Positions 1 through 11,084 are shown, counted from the stretch's first letter. The stretch: 64,000 bases of DNA from an uncultured Lentisphaerota bacterium (GCA_903889245.1 CAISWQ010000047.1:51546-115545); one strand, 5' to 3'. A program made the numbers and translations. The notes: generated from the sequence alone by a model not told the origin.

Positions 1-1028
1 TGCAACGTGCGAATGGCCACGTTGAACTGCGCGCGCTGGTTGGGCGCGAGGAAGCCGAGCGCGCCGGTGTAGATGCCGCGCGGCGCGGTTTCCAGTCCGG
101 CGATGATCTTCGCCGTCTGCACCTTGGGCGCGCCGGTGATCGAGGCGCAGGGGAATAGCGCGCGGAAAACCTCCGGCCAGCCGGCGCGCGTTTGCGCTGT
201 CACGGTCGAGGTCATCTGCCAGAGCGTGGCGTGCCGCTCGACGGCAAAAAGATTTTCGGTATGGACGCTGCCAGGCCGTGCAAGGCGGCCGAGATCGTTG
301 CGTACCATGTCCACGATCATGATGTTCTCGGCCCGGTTCTTGGCCGAGGTGCGCAGGTCTTCGGCGATGCGCTCATCCTCGGCCAGCATGAGGCCGCGTG
401 GGGCGGTGCCTTTCATCGGGCGGCAGACGATGCGCGTGCCATCGCGGCGGAAGAACAGCTCCGGCGAAAGCGAGCAGAGGGCGTGATCGCCAAGGTCGAG
501 GAAGGCACCGTAGCCCGTCTGACCATCGGCCAGCAACGTTGCGGCCAGCGCGCCGAAGTCACCGCGCCAGGGCGCGCGCAGGCGAAAGGAATAGTTCACC
601 TGATAGGTTTCGCCTGCGGCAATCTTGCGCCGGATCGCGGTGATGGCGCGGCGGAACGCTGTGGGCGTCACAGCGGCGCTCCAGGATTTTTCCAAGGCTT
701 GGAAAGCGGAGGGGGAGTTTTTTCCAAGGCTTGGAAAAGCTGGCCGCGCGCGCACGTGCCGGGCGCGATAAAGGCCGAACCACAGCAGCGGCAGCGGTCC
801 CGGCCGGCGCGTTTGCAAGGCGGGATCGAAGGCGGGCGCGGCCTCGTAGGCGAGGAAACCCGCGGCCCACCAACCGCGCTGCACGACGGCGGAAATCTCC
901 GCCAGTGCGGGGATGACTTCGGCAATGGCGCGCACGGCAATGATCCGGTCGGGTTGTTGAAATTCCAGCCAGCGCGATTTCCCGGAATCGGACTTCTCCT
1001 GAATCAAAACTTTAGGGACGAACGGCAT
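1..1028 (-). CDS. pabB: Aminodeoxychorismate synthase component I (chorismate-binding), 3' end runs off the window
   Basis: Not in the ORF track because it has no stop in the window. Manual translation from ATG 1028 gives MPFVPKVLIQ...GFLAYEAAPAFD...AGETYQVN...FRALFPCASITGAPK...RGIYTGALGF...QFNVAIRT, typical PabB/TrpE motifs. Confidence 0.9.
   Translation of the reverse strand, partial: MPFVPKVLIQEKSDSGKSRWLEFQQPDRIIAVRAIAEVIPALAEISAVVQRGWWAAGFLAYEAAPAFDPALQTRRPGPLPLLWFGLYRARHVRARPAFPSLGKNSPSAFQALEKSWSAAVTPTAFRRAITAIRRKIAAGETYQVNYSFRLRAPWRGDFGALAATLLADGQTGYGAFLDLGDHALCSLSPELFFRRDGTRIVCRPMKGTAPRGLMLAEDERIAEDLRTSAKNRAENIMIVDMVRNDLGRLARPGSVHTENLFAVERHATLWQMTSTVTAQTRAGWPEVFRALFPCASITGAPKVQTAKIIAGLETAPRGIYTGALGFLAPNQRAQFNVAIRTL
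687..738. repeat. Two copies of the TTTTCCAAGGCTTGGAAAA palindrome, 32 bp apart, inside pabB
   Basis: Read directly; translated in-frame as PAFPSLGKNSPSAFQALEKS. Confidence 0.9.
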
Positions 1029-1051
1029 GACAGGAGGGATTAGGATTACGA

Positions 1052-2815
<1,764 letters not shown>

Positions 2816-2874
2816 AAATGACAGGCGAAAACTACTCTTTTGCCCGGCGGAGTCAAGGCCCAGCGCGACGGGAG

Positions 2875-2929
2875 TTTCCAAGGATTGGAAAAGCAAACGC
2901 CGCCTTTTCCAAGGTTTGGAAAAGGCGGC
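2875..2929. repeat. Two palindrome copies; the second is extended into a 14-bp hairpin, probable terminator of the thioredoxin gene
   Basis: GCCGCC-TTTTCCAA-GGT-TTGGAAAA-GGCGGC at 2899-2929; copies are 31 bp apart. Confidence 0.8.
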
Positions 2930-2947
2930 ACGAGAGAGAAGCAGACG

Positions 2948-3469
2948 TTACTTCTTTTGGGCGGGTTTGGTGGTGGTGGCGGGTTTCTTCACGTCGGTGG
3001 CCGAGGCCGCTTCGCCAGCGGGTTTACCCTTGCCGAGCATGGCTTTCAGGTGCTCGACATATTTCTCGGGTCCTCCGGGCTGATAACCTGTCTTCCCCAC
3101 CAGTTCACCCTCGGGCGAAAGGAGGATGACCGAGGGGTAACCTTTGATTTCGTATTTCTGCGCCAGCTCCTTGTTCTGTTCCTTGAGTTTCTTGCTTTGC
3201 GGCTTTGAACGCGGGAAATCCAGCAGGACCAGCACGAGGTGCTGCTTGGCGTAGTCCTTGAACTCGCTCTTTTTGAAGACCTCCTTCTCCAACTTGACGC
3301 ACCAGCCGCACCAGTCCGAGCCGCTGAAGTCGAGTAGCATGTGCTTGCCTTCCTTTTTTGCAAGTTCCGAGGCCTTGGCAAAATCGGTTTCCCATTCACC
3401 AGCGCTCCCGCGCAGGCTACCCAGCACTCCCATAGCCAATCCCAGCATGACCAACAGATTTTTTTTCAT
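2948..3469 (-). CDS. Exported thioredoxin-family protein (thioredoxin_7/DsbD-like)
   Basis: Signal peptide; DFSGSDWCGWCVKL CxxC motif; GYPSVILL cis-Pro motif. Confidence 0.85.
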   Translation of the reverse strand: MKKNLLVMLGLAMGVLGSLRGSAGEWETDFAKASELAKKEGKHMLLDFSGSDWCGWCVKLEKEVFKKSEFKDYAKQHLVLVLLDFPRSKPQSKKLKEQNKELAQKYEIKGYPSVILLSPEGELVGKTGYQPGGPEKYVEHLKAMLGKGKPAGEAASATDVKKPATTTKPAQKK

Positions 3470-3569
3470 GGTTGTTCCTTCGGTTGGTGCGCAACGTATG
3501 CTTGCCTTTTATCTCTGTCAAGCGTGCTGGCGGCTTGACGCTGGCCGTGCTGGCGGCTAGTTGTTGCTC

Positions 3570-4811
3570 ATGAAGACAAACCTAGGCTTGCAAATGGGGA
3601 TGGCGTGGGCATGTGTGGCGTTCGCGCAGGGGGCTGGAACATTTGGCGAGGATGTGGATTTTCTGCGCGCGCATACCGGGTTGCATGTGCTCAAGGATGG
3701 CGCTGGCCGCGCACAAATCGCGGTTGCACCCGCGTGGCAAGGCCGCGTCATGACCTCGACCGCAGGCGGCCTCACCGGAGCGTCCTACGGATGGATTAAC
3801 TATGAGCTCGTCAAGAAGGGCGTCGCACCCGCTGCCGAGCGGAGCGGCTTGGAGAGGCACATTCATGTTTTTGGTGGCGAGGAACGTTTGTGGCTTGGCC
3901 CTGAAGGTGGCCAGTTTGCCATCTTCTTCACGCCCGGCGAGAAGAGCTACACCTTCGACAACTGGCAGACACCAGCGCTGATTGACACCGAACCGTTCGA
4001 GACCACCGCCCATTCGGCCAACGCGATCTCGCTGGCCAAGTCCGGCGTACTGCGCAACAACTCCGGAATGGAGTTCAAGCTGCGACTGGAGCGTACGGTG
4101 CGCCTGCTGGACCGTCCGGCGTTGGCCAAGCTGCTTGGTGTCGCCCTGCCGACGCAGGTGGCGGTGGTCGGCTACCAGACCGAAAACACGCTCATCAACA
4201 CCGGCGCACAGCCGTGGCGCGCGGAGACCGGCACGCTCTCCATCTGGCTGCTTGGCATGCTCAAGCACGGCGCGCGTACCGTCGTCGCGATCCCGGTGCG
4301 CCGCGGCGACGAGCAACAACTCGGCCCGGCGGTGAACACCGACTACTTCGGCGCTGTCGGTCCCGACCGCTTGAAAATCACGCCCACCGCGCTCTTCTTC
4401 AAAGCCGATGGCAATTATCGTTCCAAGATCGGCATTCCACCCAGACGCTGCCTGCCTGTCTGCGGCAGCTACGACCCCGACCGCCGCACGTTGACCATCG
4501 TCCAGTTCAGCCTGCCCGACGACGCTGCGAAATTGCCTTACGTCAAATCGCAGTGGAAGGTCCACGAGCAGCCCTACGCCGGCGACGTGATCAATGCCTA
4601 CAACGACGGCGCACCCGAACCCGGCGCGAAACCGCTCGGCCCGTTCTACGAAATTGAGTCCTCCTCGCCTGCGCTGCCGCTGGCTGCCGGTGCCAGCCTC
4701 ACGCATGTCCAACGCACGATTCACATCGAGGGAGCGCGCACGCTGCTGGCGCCTCTCGCCAAACAAGTGCTGGGCATCGAGCTTGACGACATCGAGAACG
4801 CCTTCCGCTGA
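3570..4811 (+). CDS. Secreted conserved hypothetical protein (DUF6786-like, possible aldose-epimerase-type beta-sandwich)
   Basis: Signal-like N-terminus; GEERLWLGPEGGQF and FYEIESSSPA motifs recalled from this family; ATG 3570 preferred over TTG 3561. Confidence 0.55.
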   Translation: MKTNLGLQMGMAWACVAFAQGAGTFGEDVDFLRAHTGLHVLKDGAGRAQIAVAPAWQGRVMTSTAGGLTGASYGWINYELVKKGVAPAAERSGLERHIHVFGGEERLWLGPEGGQFAIFFTPGEKSYTFDNWQTPALIDTEPFETTAHSANAISLAKSGVLRNNSGMEFKLRLERTVRLLDRPALAKLLGVALPTQVAVVGYQTENTLINTGAQPWRAETGTLSIWLLGMLKHGARTVVAIPVRRGDEQQLGPAVNTDYFGAVGPDRLKITPTALFFKADGNYRSKIGIPPRRCLPVCGSYDPDRRTLTIVQFSLPDDAAKLPYVKSQWKVHEQPYAGDVINAYNDGAPEPGAKPLGPFYEIESSSPALPLAAGASLTHVQRTIHIEGARTLLAPLAKQVLGIELDDIENAFR

Positions 4812-4993
4812 TGGACTGCGTCGGCGTTTTTTTATCTCACGGTGTCAGGGCGACCGCGAAGAACGCGATCAGTTTATTGCGGCAGGGGGCGTGAGGATTG
4901 AGGGAGGCTATGGTGCGTCTGCCGACCTAAATCAGCCGTAGTTTTCTGGCGTCGCTACCGCCGCGAAACGAGCCTTGTCGTGGTACACAGGGC

Positions 4994-6580
4994 TCACGCC
5001 TTCTTTTTCGCCGGCTTCTCGGCCTGAAGCAACTTGTACTCGACGCCATCCACGAGCGCTTCCCACGAGGCTTCGATGATGTTCGGTGAGACGCCGACGG
5101 TGCCCCAGGTCTTCGTGCCGTCGCTGGACTCGATAACGACGCGGGTTTTGGCCGCGGTCGCCTCGGTGGGGTCGAGGATGCGGACACGGTAGTCGGTCAG
5201 GCTGACGTCCTTGATCTGCGGATAGAAGTGCAGCAGCGCCTTGCGCAGCGCATGGTCGAGCGCGTCCACCGGACCGTTGCCCTCGCCGACGGTCAGCGCG
5301 GTCTCGCCGCCGACCTTGACCTTGACCGTGGCCTCGGAGAGGCACGGTTCGTCCTTGTGCCGCTTCTCGACGATGACGCGGAACCCCTGCAACTCGAAGA
5401 AGGGCTTGTGTTTCTTGAGTACCTTCTGGATGAGCAGTTGGAACGAACCCTCGGCCGCCTCGAAGGCATAGCCGTGTTGCTCCAGCCGCTCCAGCTCGCG
5501 AAGAATCTCTTTGATCTCCGGCGCATTCTTGTCGAGGTTCAGGCCCATCTCGACGGCCTTGAAAAAGACGTTGCTCGCGCCGGAGAGTTCGCTCACGAGA
5601 ATCCGCCGCTGATTGCCGACGTCCTCCGGCACGACGTGTTCAAAGGTCGTCGGGTTTTTGCGGACGGCGTCCACGTGCATGCCGGCCTTGTGCGCGAACG
5701 CGCTCTCGCCCACGTAGGGCTGCTTGCGGTTCGGCCGCAGGTTGGCCATCTCGTCCACGAACAGCGCGGCCTCGCGGAGGCGCTTGAGGCTGCCCTCGTG
5801 CAGTGCGTCGTAGCCCAGCTTGAGCACGAGGCCGGGAACGATCGAGCAGAGGTTCGCGTTGCCGCAACGTTCGCCGTAGCCATTCATTGTGCCCTGCACC
5901 TGGGTGGCCCCGGCGCGCACGGCTTCAAGCGAGTTGGCGACGGCGCAATCGCCATCGTTGTGGACATGGATGCCGATGCGCGCGGGGAAGGCGCGGACGA
6001 CCTCGGCGGTGATCGCGGCCACCTCGTGGGGCAGGGTGCCGCCATTGGTGTCGCACAGGCAGAGGCAATCGGCGCCGGCGTTCAGCGCGGCGGTGAGCGC
6101 CGCACGGGCGAAGTCCGGGCTATCCTTGTAGCCATCGAAGAAATGCTCGGCATCGAAGACGACCTCCTTGCCGTGCTCCTTGAGCACGCGCACGGTGTCG
6201 GCGATCATCGCGAGCGCCTCCTTCTCGGAGACCTTCAGCACGTCGGTGACGTGCAAACGCCAGCTCTTGCCGAAGAAGGTGCAGACGGGCGTCTTCGCCT
6301 CGAGCAGCGCGCACACGCCGGCGTCCTCGCCGACGGGCACATGGGCGCGGCGCGTGGAGCCGAACGCCGCGATTTTCGCATGCGTCAGCTTTTCCTTTTT
6401 GATGGCGTGGAAGAAAGCCATGTCACGCGGGTTGGAGGCCGCGAAGCCGCCCTCGATATAATCCACGCCCAGCAGGTCGAGCTGCTTCGCGATGCGGAGC
6501 TTGCCGGCATCGGAAAACGAGACGCCCTCGCCCTGCGCGCCATCGCGCAGGGTCGTGTCATAGATGAAAACCTTTTTCAT
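4994..6580 (-). CDS. cimA: Citramalate synthase (LeuA/CimA family)
   Basis: YDTTLRDGAQGEG, FDAEHFFDGY, LCDTNGG, GIHVHND, GYGERCGNANL, HKAGMH; C-terminal regulatory domain with GNGPVDALD. Confidence 0.9.
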   Translation of the reverse strand: MKKVFIYDTTLRDGAQGEGVSFSDAGKLRIAKQLDLLGVDYIEGGFAASNPRDMAFFHAIKKEKLTHAKIAAFGSTRRAHVPVGEDAGVCALLEAKTPVCTFFGKSWRLHVTDVLKVSEKEALAMIADTVRVLKEHGKEVVFDAEHFFDGYKDSPDFARAALTAALNAGADCLCLCDTNGGTLPHEVAAITAEVVRAFPARIGIHVHNDGDCAVANSLEAVRAGATQVQGTMNGYGERCGNANLCSIVPGLVLKLGYDALHEGSLKRLREAALFVDEMANLRPNRKQPYVGESAFAHKAGMHVDAVRKNPTTFEHVVPEDVGNQRRILVSELSGASNVFFKAVEMGLNLDKNAPEIKEILRELERLEQHGYAFEAAEGSFQLLIQKVLKKHKPFFELQGFRVIVEKRHKDEPCLSEATVKVKVGGETALTVGEGNGPVDALDHALRKALLHFYPQIKDVSLTDYRVRILDPTEATAAKTRVVIESSDGTKTWGTVGVSPNIIEASWEALVDGVEYKLLQAEKPAKKKA

Positions 6581-7953
6581 GATGACTCCTGGGCGCCGTG
6601 CGTCGGGGCAAAGAACGCATGATAGAGCGCGCGGACCGCCTTCTTGCGGTCGGCTTCCTTCACCCCGAACATGATGCTGATCTCCGAGGCGCCCTGGTTG
6701 AGCATCTCGATGTTGACCCCGGCCTCGGCCAGCGCGCGGGTCGCCTTGGAGGCCAGTCCGACCGCGTAACGCATGCCTTCGCCGACGATCATGATCAGTG
6801 CGAGGCCATGCTCGATCTCGACATCGTCGGGATTGAGTTCCTCGGTGATGCGGGTGATGACGTGCGCCTCCTTCGCCGGCGTCAGTTCCTTGCTGCGCAG
6901 GATCACGCTCATGTTGTCAATGCCGGTGGGCGCGTGCTCGTAGGAGATTTTTTCGGCCTCCAGGATCTGGAGCAGCTTGCGGCCAAAGCCGACCTCGCGG
7001 TTCATCAGGTATTTGCTGACGAAGATGGTGCTGAAGCCATCGGCGCTGGCGACGCCGACGACCCCGCCGCCCGCCGCCGTGCGCTGGGGTACGATCTTGG
7101 TACCCGGCGCGGCCGGCCGGTTGGTGTTCTTGATGCAGATCGGCACGTTCGCCTGTACGGCGGGCACGATCGCCTCGTCGTGGAAGACGCCGAAGCCGGC
7201 GTAGGCCAATTCGCGCATCTCGCGGTAGGTCAGCAACGCGATAGCCGGCGCCTCCGGCTCGATGCGCGGGTCGCAGGCATAGACGGAATCCACGTCGGTG
7301 AAATTCTCATAGACCTCGGCCTGCACGGCCGCGGCGAGGATCGCGCCGGTGATGTCGGAGCCGCCGCGCGGGAACGTGGCGACCTCGCCGGCCTCGGTGT
7401 AGCCGAAGAAGCCGGGAAAGATCGTGACGCCCGGCCGCTGCGCCAGCGCGGCGAGTGCGGCGTAGGATTTTTCCAGCACCTGCGCGTTGCCGAACTCGGC
7501 GCTCAACAGCAGACCGGCCTCGCGCGGACTGACGTAATGCGCGTCCATGCCGCGCTGCTTGAACGCGGCGGCGACAAGCTTCGCGCAGTTGTCCTCGCCC
7601 GCGGCCTTCAGACTGTCCATGAACTTCCCGTGATGCTTGCGGTCGCCCGCGAGCCGCTGGCGCAGGTCGCTCTCGATTTCGCGCGTGATGCTCTCCGGCG
7701 CGCCCAGTTCCTTTTGAATACAGGCGAAACGCTCGACGATGACGGCCAATTCGATATCGGCCTGGCCATGCTTGAGCATGGCCTCGGCGCAGGCGATCAG
7801 CAGATCCGTCACCTTCGTGTCGGTCTTGCTGCGCTTGCCCGGCGCCGAGACGACGATGATGCGCCGGCCGGGGTCGGCCTTGACGATGTCGAAGATTTTC
7901 AGGATCTGCCCGGCATCCGCCACCGAGGTCCCGCCAAATTTTGCCACTTTCAT
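6577..7953 (-). CDS. lysC: Aspartate kinase with C-terminal ACT domains
   Basis: KVAKFGGTSVA, VVSAPGK, RGGSDITG, FTDVDSVYACDPR; stop/start overlap with cimA. Confidence 0.92.
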   Translation of the reverse strand: MKVAKFGGTSVADAGQILKIFDIVKADPGRRIIVVSAPGKRSKTDTKVTDLLIACAEAMLKHGQADIELAVIVERFACIQKELGAPESITREIESDLRQRLAGDRKHHGKFMDSLKAAGEDNCAKLVAAAFKQRGMDAHYVSPREAGLLLSAEFGNAQVLEKSYAALAALAQRPGVTIFPGFFGYTEAGEVATFPRGGSDITGAILAAAVQAEVYENFTDVDSVYACDPRIEPEAPAIALLTYREMRELAYAGFGVFHDEAIVPAVQANVPICIKNTNRPAAPGTKIVPQRTAAGGGVVGVASADGFSTIFVSKYLMNREVGFGRKLLQILEAEKISYEHAPTGIDNMSVILRSKELTPAKEAHVITRITEELNPDDVEIEHGLALIMIVGEGMRYAVGLASKATRALAEAGVNIEMLNQGASEISIMFGVKEADRKKAVRALYHAFFAPTHGAQESS

Positions 7954-7971
7954 AGGTCACTCGCTCTCTGG

Positions 7972-8115
7972 TTTCCAGGGATTGGAACGGCGAACCGCCG
8001 GTTTTTCCGGGGATTGGAAAAAGTCGCGGGAAAATTTCCAAGCCTTGGAAAAACCCAGCCGGACTTCTTCCAAGCCTTGGAAAAAACCGGCGCAACTTTT
8101 CCAAGCCTTGGAAAA
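7972..8115. repeat. Array of 5 palindrome copies, period 31-32 bp
   Basis: TTGGAA half-sites start at 7982, 8014, 8045, 8077 and 8108; spacers are non-identical. Confidence 0.92.
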
Positions 8116-8169
8116 CGGCGGGGAATATAGCGGGTTGCCCCACGTCCCGCCAGTCAAAGCTGTGCCCGG

Positions 8170-9474
8170 TCAGGCAAAGTCTTCGATCCGCAGCCGGACG
8201 GTCGGCGCTCCGACGATGTCGAGTTGGTCAATCGCCGCCAGCGCCTGTTGGAAGGCTTGCTCCGGAGCCTCGTGTGTGACAATCACGACGGGGACGTGGT
8301 TGCCAATGGAGGATTCCTTCTGCATGACGGAGGCGATGCTGATTTGATGGGCGCCAAGTAGCTGGGCGACGCGGGCTAGCATGCCGGGCTTGTCGAGCAG
8401 GGCGAGGCGCAGGTAACAGCGCACCAACTCCGCGCCGGTCGCCTGCGCATGCAGGCCGGCCGAAGCCTGGCCTGGTAGTGCGAGCGGGTGGCTCGCGCCG
8501 GCGGCGCGGTCGCGGGCGACATCGGCGAGGTCGCTCAAGACCGCGCTGGCCGTCGCCTGGCGACCGGCCCCGCGGCCGAAGTACAGGGTCTGGCCGACAA
8601 GATCGCCCTCGATCAAGATGGCATTGAAGACGCCATCCACGGCAGCGAGCATGTGCTGCAACGGCACGAGGGTGGGGTGGACACGGACGGAAACGCCGCT
8701 GGCGCCGCGCTTGACGATGCCGAGCAGCTTGATGCGGTACCCCATTTCGAGCGCGTCGGTGATGTCCTCGGCGGCGAGGCCGCGGATGCCTTCGATATGC
8801 GCGGCTGCCAGCGGAACGGTGCTGCCGTAAGCCAGGCTCGCCAGGACGATGGCTTTATGCGCGGTGTCGTGCCCGTCAATGTCGAGACTCGGTTCGGCCT
8901 CGGCATAGCCGGCGGCCTGGGCGGCTTTCAGCACGGCGTCGAAGGGCAACTTCTCGCGTTCCATGCGGGTGAGGATGTAGTTGCAGGTGCCGTTGAGAAT
9001 GCCGTAGATGCTCTTGATGTGGTTGGCGACGAGCCCTTCGCGCAGGGCCTTGATGACCGGGATGCCGCCGCCGACGCTGGCCTCGAAATGGATCGGCGCA
9101 CCGGCCGCGGCCGAGGCGGAAAAAATCTCCGTTCCGTACTCGGCCAGCAGTTTCTTATTGGCGGTGACAACCGGTTTGCCGAGTTTCAACGCTTCCAGCA
9201 CAAACTTCTTCGCCATCCCCGTACCGCCAATGAGTTCAACGACCACATCCACGTTGGGGTCACGTACCACAGCCTCGGCATCGCGGGTCAATAAGGCCCG
9301 TTCCACCGTCACACCACGGTCGGTGTCCAGGTCGAGGTCGGCAATCTTGCGGAGCACCAGTTTGACGCCGAGACGTTCGGCCAGCAGGGCCCCGTTGCGT
9401 TGCAGTCCTTCCACCACGCCTGCGCCCGCCGTGCCGAAGCCGAGCAAACCGATACCGAGTTCTTTCGTTTTCAT
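8170..9474 (-). CDS. hom: Homoserine dehydrogenase with ACT domain
   Basis: GLLGFGTAG Rossmann motif, VVTANK, FEASVGGGIP, GILNGTCNYIL, DIDGHDTAHK; ATG 9474 (MKTKELG) chosen as start. Confidence 0.93.
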   Translation of the reverse strand: MKTKELGIGLLGFGTAGAGVVEGLQRNGALLAERLGVKLVLRKIADLDLDTDRGVTVERALLTRDAEAVVRDPNVDVVVELIGGTGMAKKFVLEALKLGKPVVTANKKLLAEYGTEIFSASAAAGAPIHFEASVGGGIPVIKALREGLVANHIKSIYGILNGTCNYILTRMEREKLPFDAVLKAAQAAGYAEAEPSLDIDGHDTAHKAIVLASLAYGSTVPLAAAHIEGIRGLAAEDITDALEMGYRIKLLGIVKRGASGVSVRVHPTLVPLQHMLAAVDGVFNAILIEGDLVGQTLYFGRGAGRQATASAVLSDLADVARDRAAGASHPLALPGQASAGLHAQATGAELVRCYLRLALLDKPGMLARVAQLLGAHQISIASVMQKESSIGNHVPVVIVTHEAPEQAFQQALAAIDQLDIVGAPTVRLRIEDFA

Positions 9475-9697
9475 GGTTCGATGTGGCGCAAAGATAGAAC
9501 AATGCTTCGGAGTTACAAGCCAAATGGATGTCCACCATATTTTGTGGGCCATTGCCGGAGCACCACAAGACACGCATTCCAAGGATTGAGATGCGCAAAC
9601 AGAAATGAGAACAGCAGGGTGCCCTTGGGGATGGCACTAATAAATTGTCTTGGTTGTTTTAATAATTTTCCTTGGAAAACCGGCGGACTGGTACGGC

Positions 9698-9713
9698 TGG
9701 CATATGTCCTGCT
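9698..9713 (+). promoter_or_regulatory. Putative sigma-54 promoter (-24/-12)
   Basis: TGGCATATGTCCTGCT has GG-N10-GC spacing, 24 bp upstream of ATG 9738. Confidence 0.55.
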
Positions 9714-9737
9714 AAGTGAAAACCAGCGGGGAAACAT

Positions 9738-9992
9738 ATGAATATCGCACAGACAGTGGAGCAGTTGGCGGCGGCCCAGAAACCGGTGCAAGCTTGGTCG
9801 CCGCAACAGGGCGTGTTGGTGCCGCCTCCCAAGCTGCGACGCGATCCGAGTTCGGCTGCCTCGGTGGTGGTGGCGCTATGTTTCATGTGTCTGTTTATCG
9901 GGGTAATCATCTTCACGTCCTACGCGGATCGTACGGCCAAGAGCAAGCCGCGGGAGCCGGCGCGTAATATGCCGATGGTTCATCTGCGTTGA
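9738..9992 (+). CDS. Small single-pass membrane protein of unknown function
   Basis: RBS-like GGGGAA, one hydrophobic helix (VVVALCFMCLFIGVIIF), own promoter and terminator. Confidence 0.6.
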   Translation: MNIAQTVEQLAAAQKPVQAWSPQQGVLVPPPKLRRDPSSAASVVVALCFMCLFIGVIIFTSYADRTAKSKPREPARNMPMVHLR

Positions 9993-10021
9993 TTTCTATG
10001 CGACTGTACACGTGTCGCGAC

Positions 10022-10051
10022 GAAGGCCGGAAGTTCCGGCCTTCGTTTGTT
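10022..10051 (+). terminator. Intrinsic terminator
   Basis: GAAGGCCGGAA-G-TTCCGGCCTTC followed by GTTTGTT. Confidence 0.7.
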
Positions 10052-10134
10052 GTTAAGCCTGCCCCAGTATGCCTGCCTGTCGTGTTGGGAAAAGCAGGCG
10101 TGTTATTTCAACGGATTCGTGCTCTCTTACCCGC

Positions 10135-10971
10135 GTGATTGATCTGCATACCCATTCGACCTGCTCCGACGGCTCGCTGACTCCCGGCGAGCTGGCGACT
10201 ATGGCTGCCGCGCAAAAATTGGACGCTGTGGCGTTGACCGATCACGACACGACAGCTGGGGTGGAGCTTTTTCTGGATGCCGCGCAGGCGGCGGGGATGC
10301 GCGGCATCGCCGGCATCGAGATCAGTGCCGAGCATCATCCAGGTGCGATGCACATGCTCGGTTACTTCCTCGACCCCACGCATACCGGTTTGCAGAAGGA
10401 CCTGGCCCGCCTGCGGCAGGGACGCACCGAACGCAACCGCCTGATCTTGGACAAACTCCGCACCTTGGGGCTGGAATTGACCTGGGATGAAGTACACGCG
10501 CTGGCGGGTGGCGATGTGGTCGGTCGTCCACACTTTGCGCAAGCCTTGATCAAGCGCGGCCATGTCAAGGACAAGAACGAAGCCTTCGCTAGGTTTCTGG
10601 CGCGCGGTCGCCCTGCCTACGCCGAACGCCTGCGACTCTTGCCTGCTGATTCCATACGCATGATTCGCGACGCTGGTGGCGTGCCCGTCCTCGCGCACCC
10701 CTGCTCGCTCAAGCTCGGTCAGAAACACCTGCGCGCCTTGCTGCTGGACTTGCGTGCGGCCGGGTTGGAGGGGCTTGAGGTCTATCACAGCGAACATAAT
10801 CCCAGCCAGACGCGGCTCTATCAGCGCCTCGCCACCGAGCTGGGGCTGGCCTTGACGGGCGGCTCGGATTTTCATGGCGCGCTGATGCCGGACATCCAGC
10901 TCGGCCGCGGTTTTGGCGGCTTGTGTGTCCCGGCCGACCTGCTGCCTAAGCTCGAAGCTCGCCGGCCCTGA
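10135..10971 (+). CDS. PHP-domain phosphoesterase (TrpH/YciV-like)
   Basis: IDLHTHSTCSDG, ALTDHDT, GIEIS, VLAHP, TGGSDFHG; GTG 10135 is the likely start. Confidence 0.88.
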   Translation: MIDLHTHSTCSDGSLTPGELATMAAAQKLDAVALTDHDTTAGVELFLDAAQAAGMRGIAGIEISAEHHPGAMHMLGYFLDPTHTGLQKDLARLRQGRTERNRLILDKLRTLGLELTWDEVHALAGGDVVGRPHFAQALIKRGHVKDKNEAFARFLARGRPAYAERLRLLPADSIRMIRDAGGVPVLAHPCSLKLGQKHLRALLLDLRAAGLEGLEVYHSEHNPSQTRLYQRLATELGLALTGGSDFHGALMPDIQLGRGFGGLCVPADLLPKLEARRP

Positions 10972-11084
10972 CTGATTTCCAACTGTTCCAAGAGCAAGGG
11001 TCGCGGCGGTTTTTTTGTCTTGTTGCACGGCGTTAATTTTCCTATGGAGGAATGTGTTTTGACCGTCTGCGTGGCGAGAGCAAC

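Noticed and set aside
4812-4993. Possible tRNA or ncRNA in intergenic gaps (also 26040-26159)
   Set aside because: No cloverleaf, T-loop consensus or recognisable riboswitch motif was found by eye.
7972-8115. CRISPR array call for the TTCCAAG/CTTGGAA arrays
   Set aside because: Spacers are only about 12 bp, repeats are degenerate and occur in both orientations, arrays have 2-5 units at many loci, and no cas genes are present.
7307-8143. ORFs rich in FQGLE/FPRLG/SKAWK (also 7957-8157, 32336-32671, 41318-41710)
   Set aside because: They are translations of intergenic palindrome arrays running into out-of-frame gene sequence.
9616-9650. Second sigma-54 site TGGCACTAATAAATTGT
   Set aside because: The spacing does not fit GG-N10-GC.
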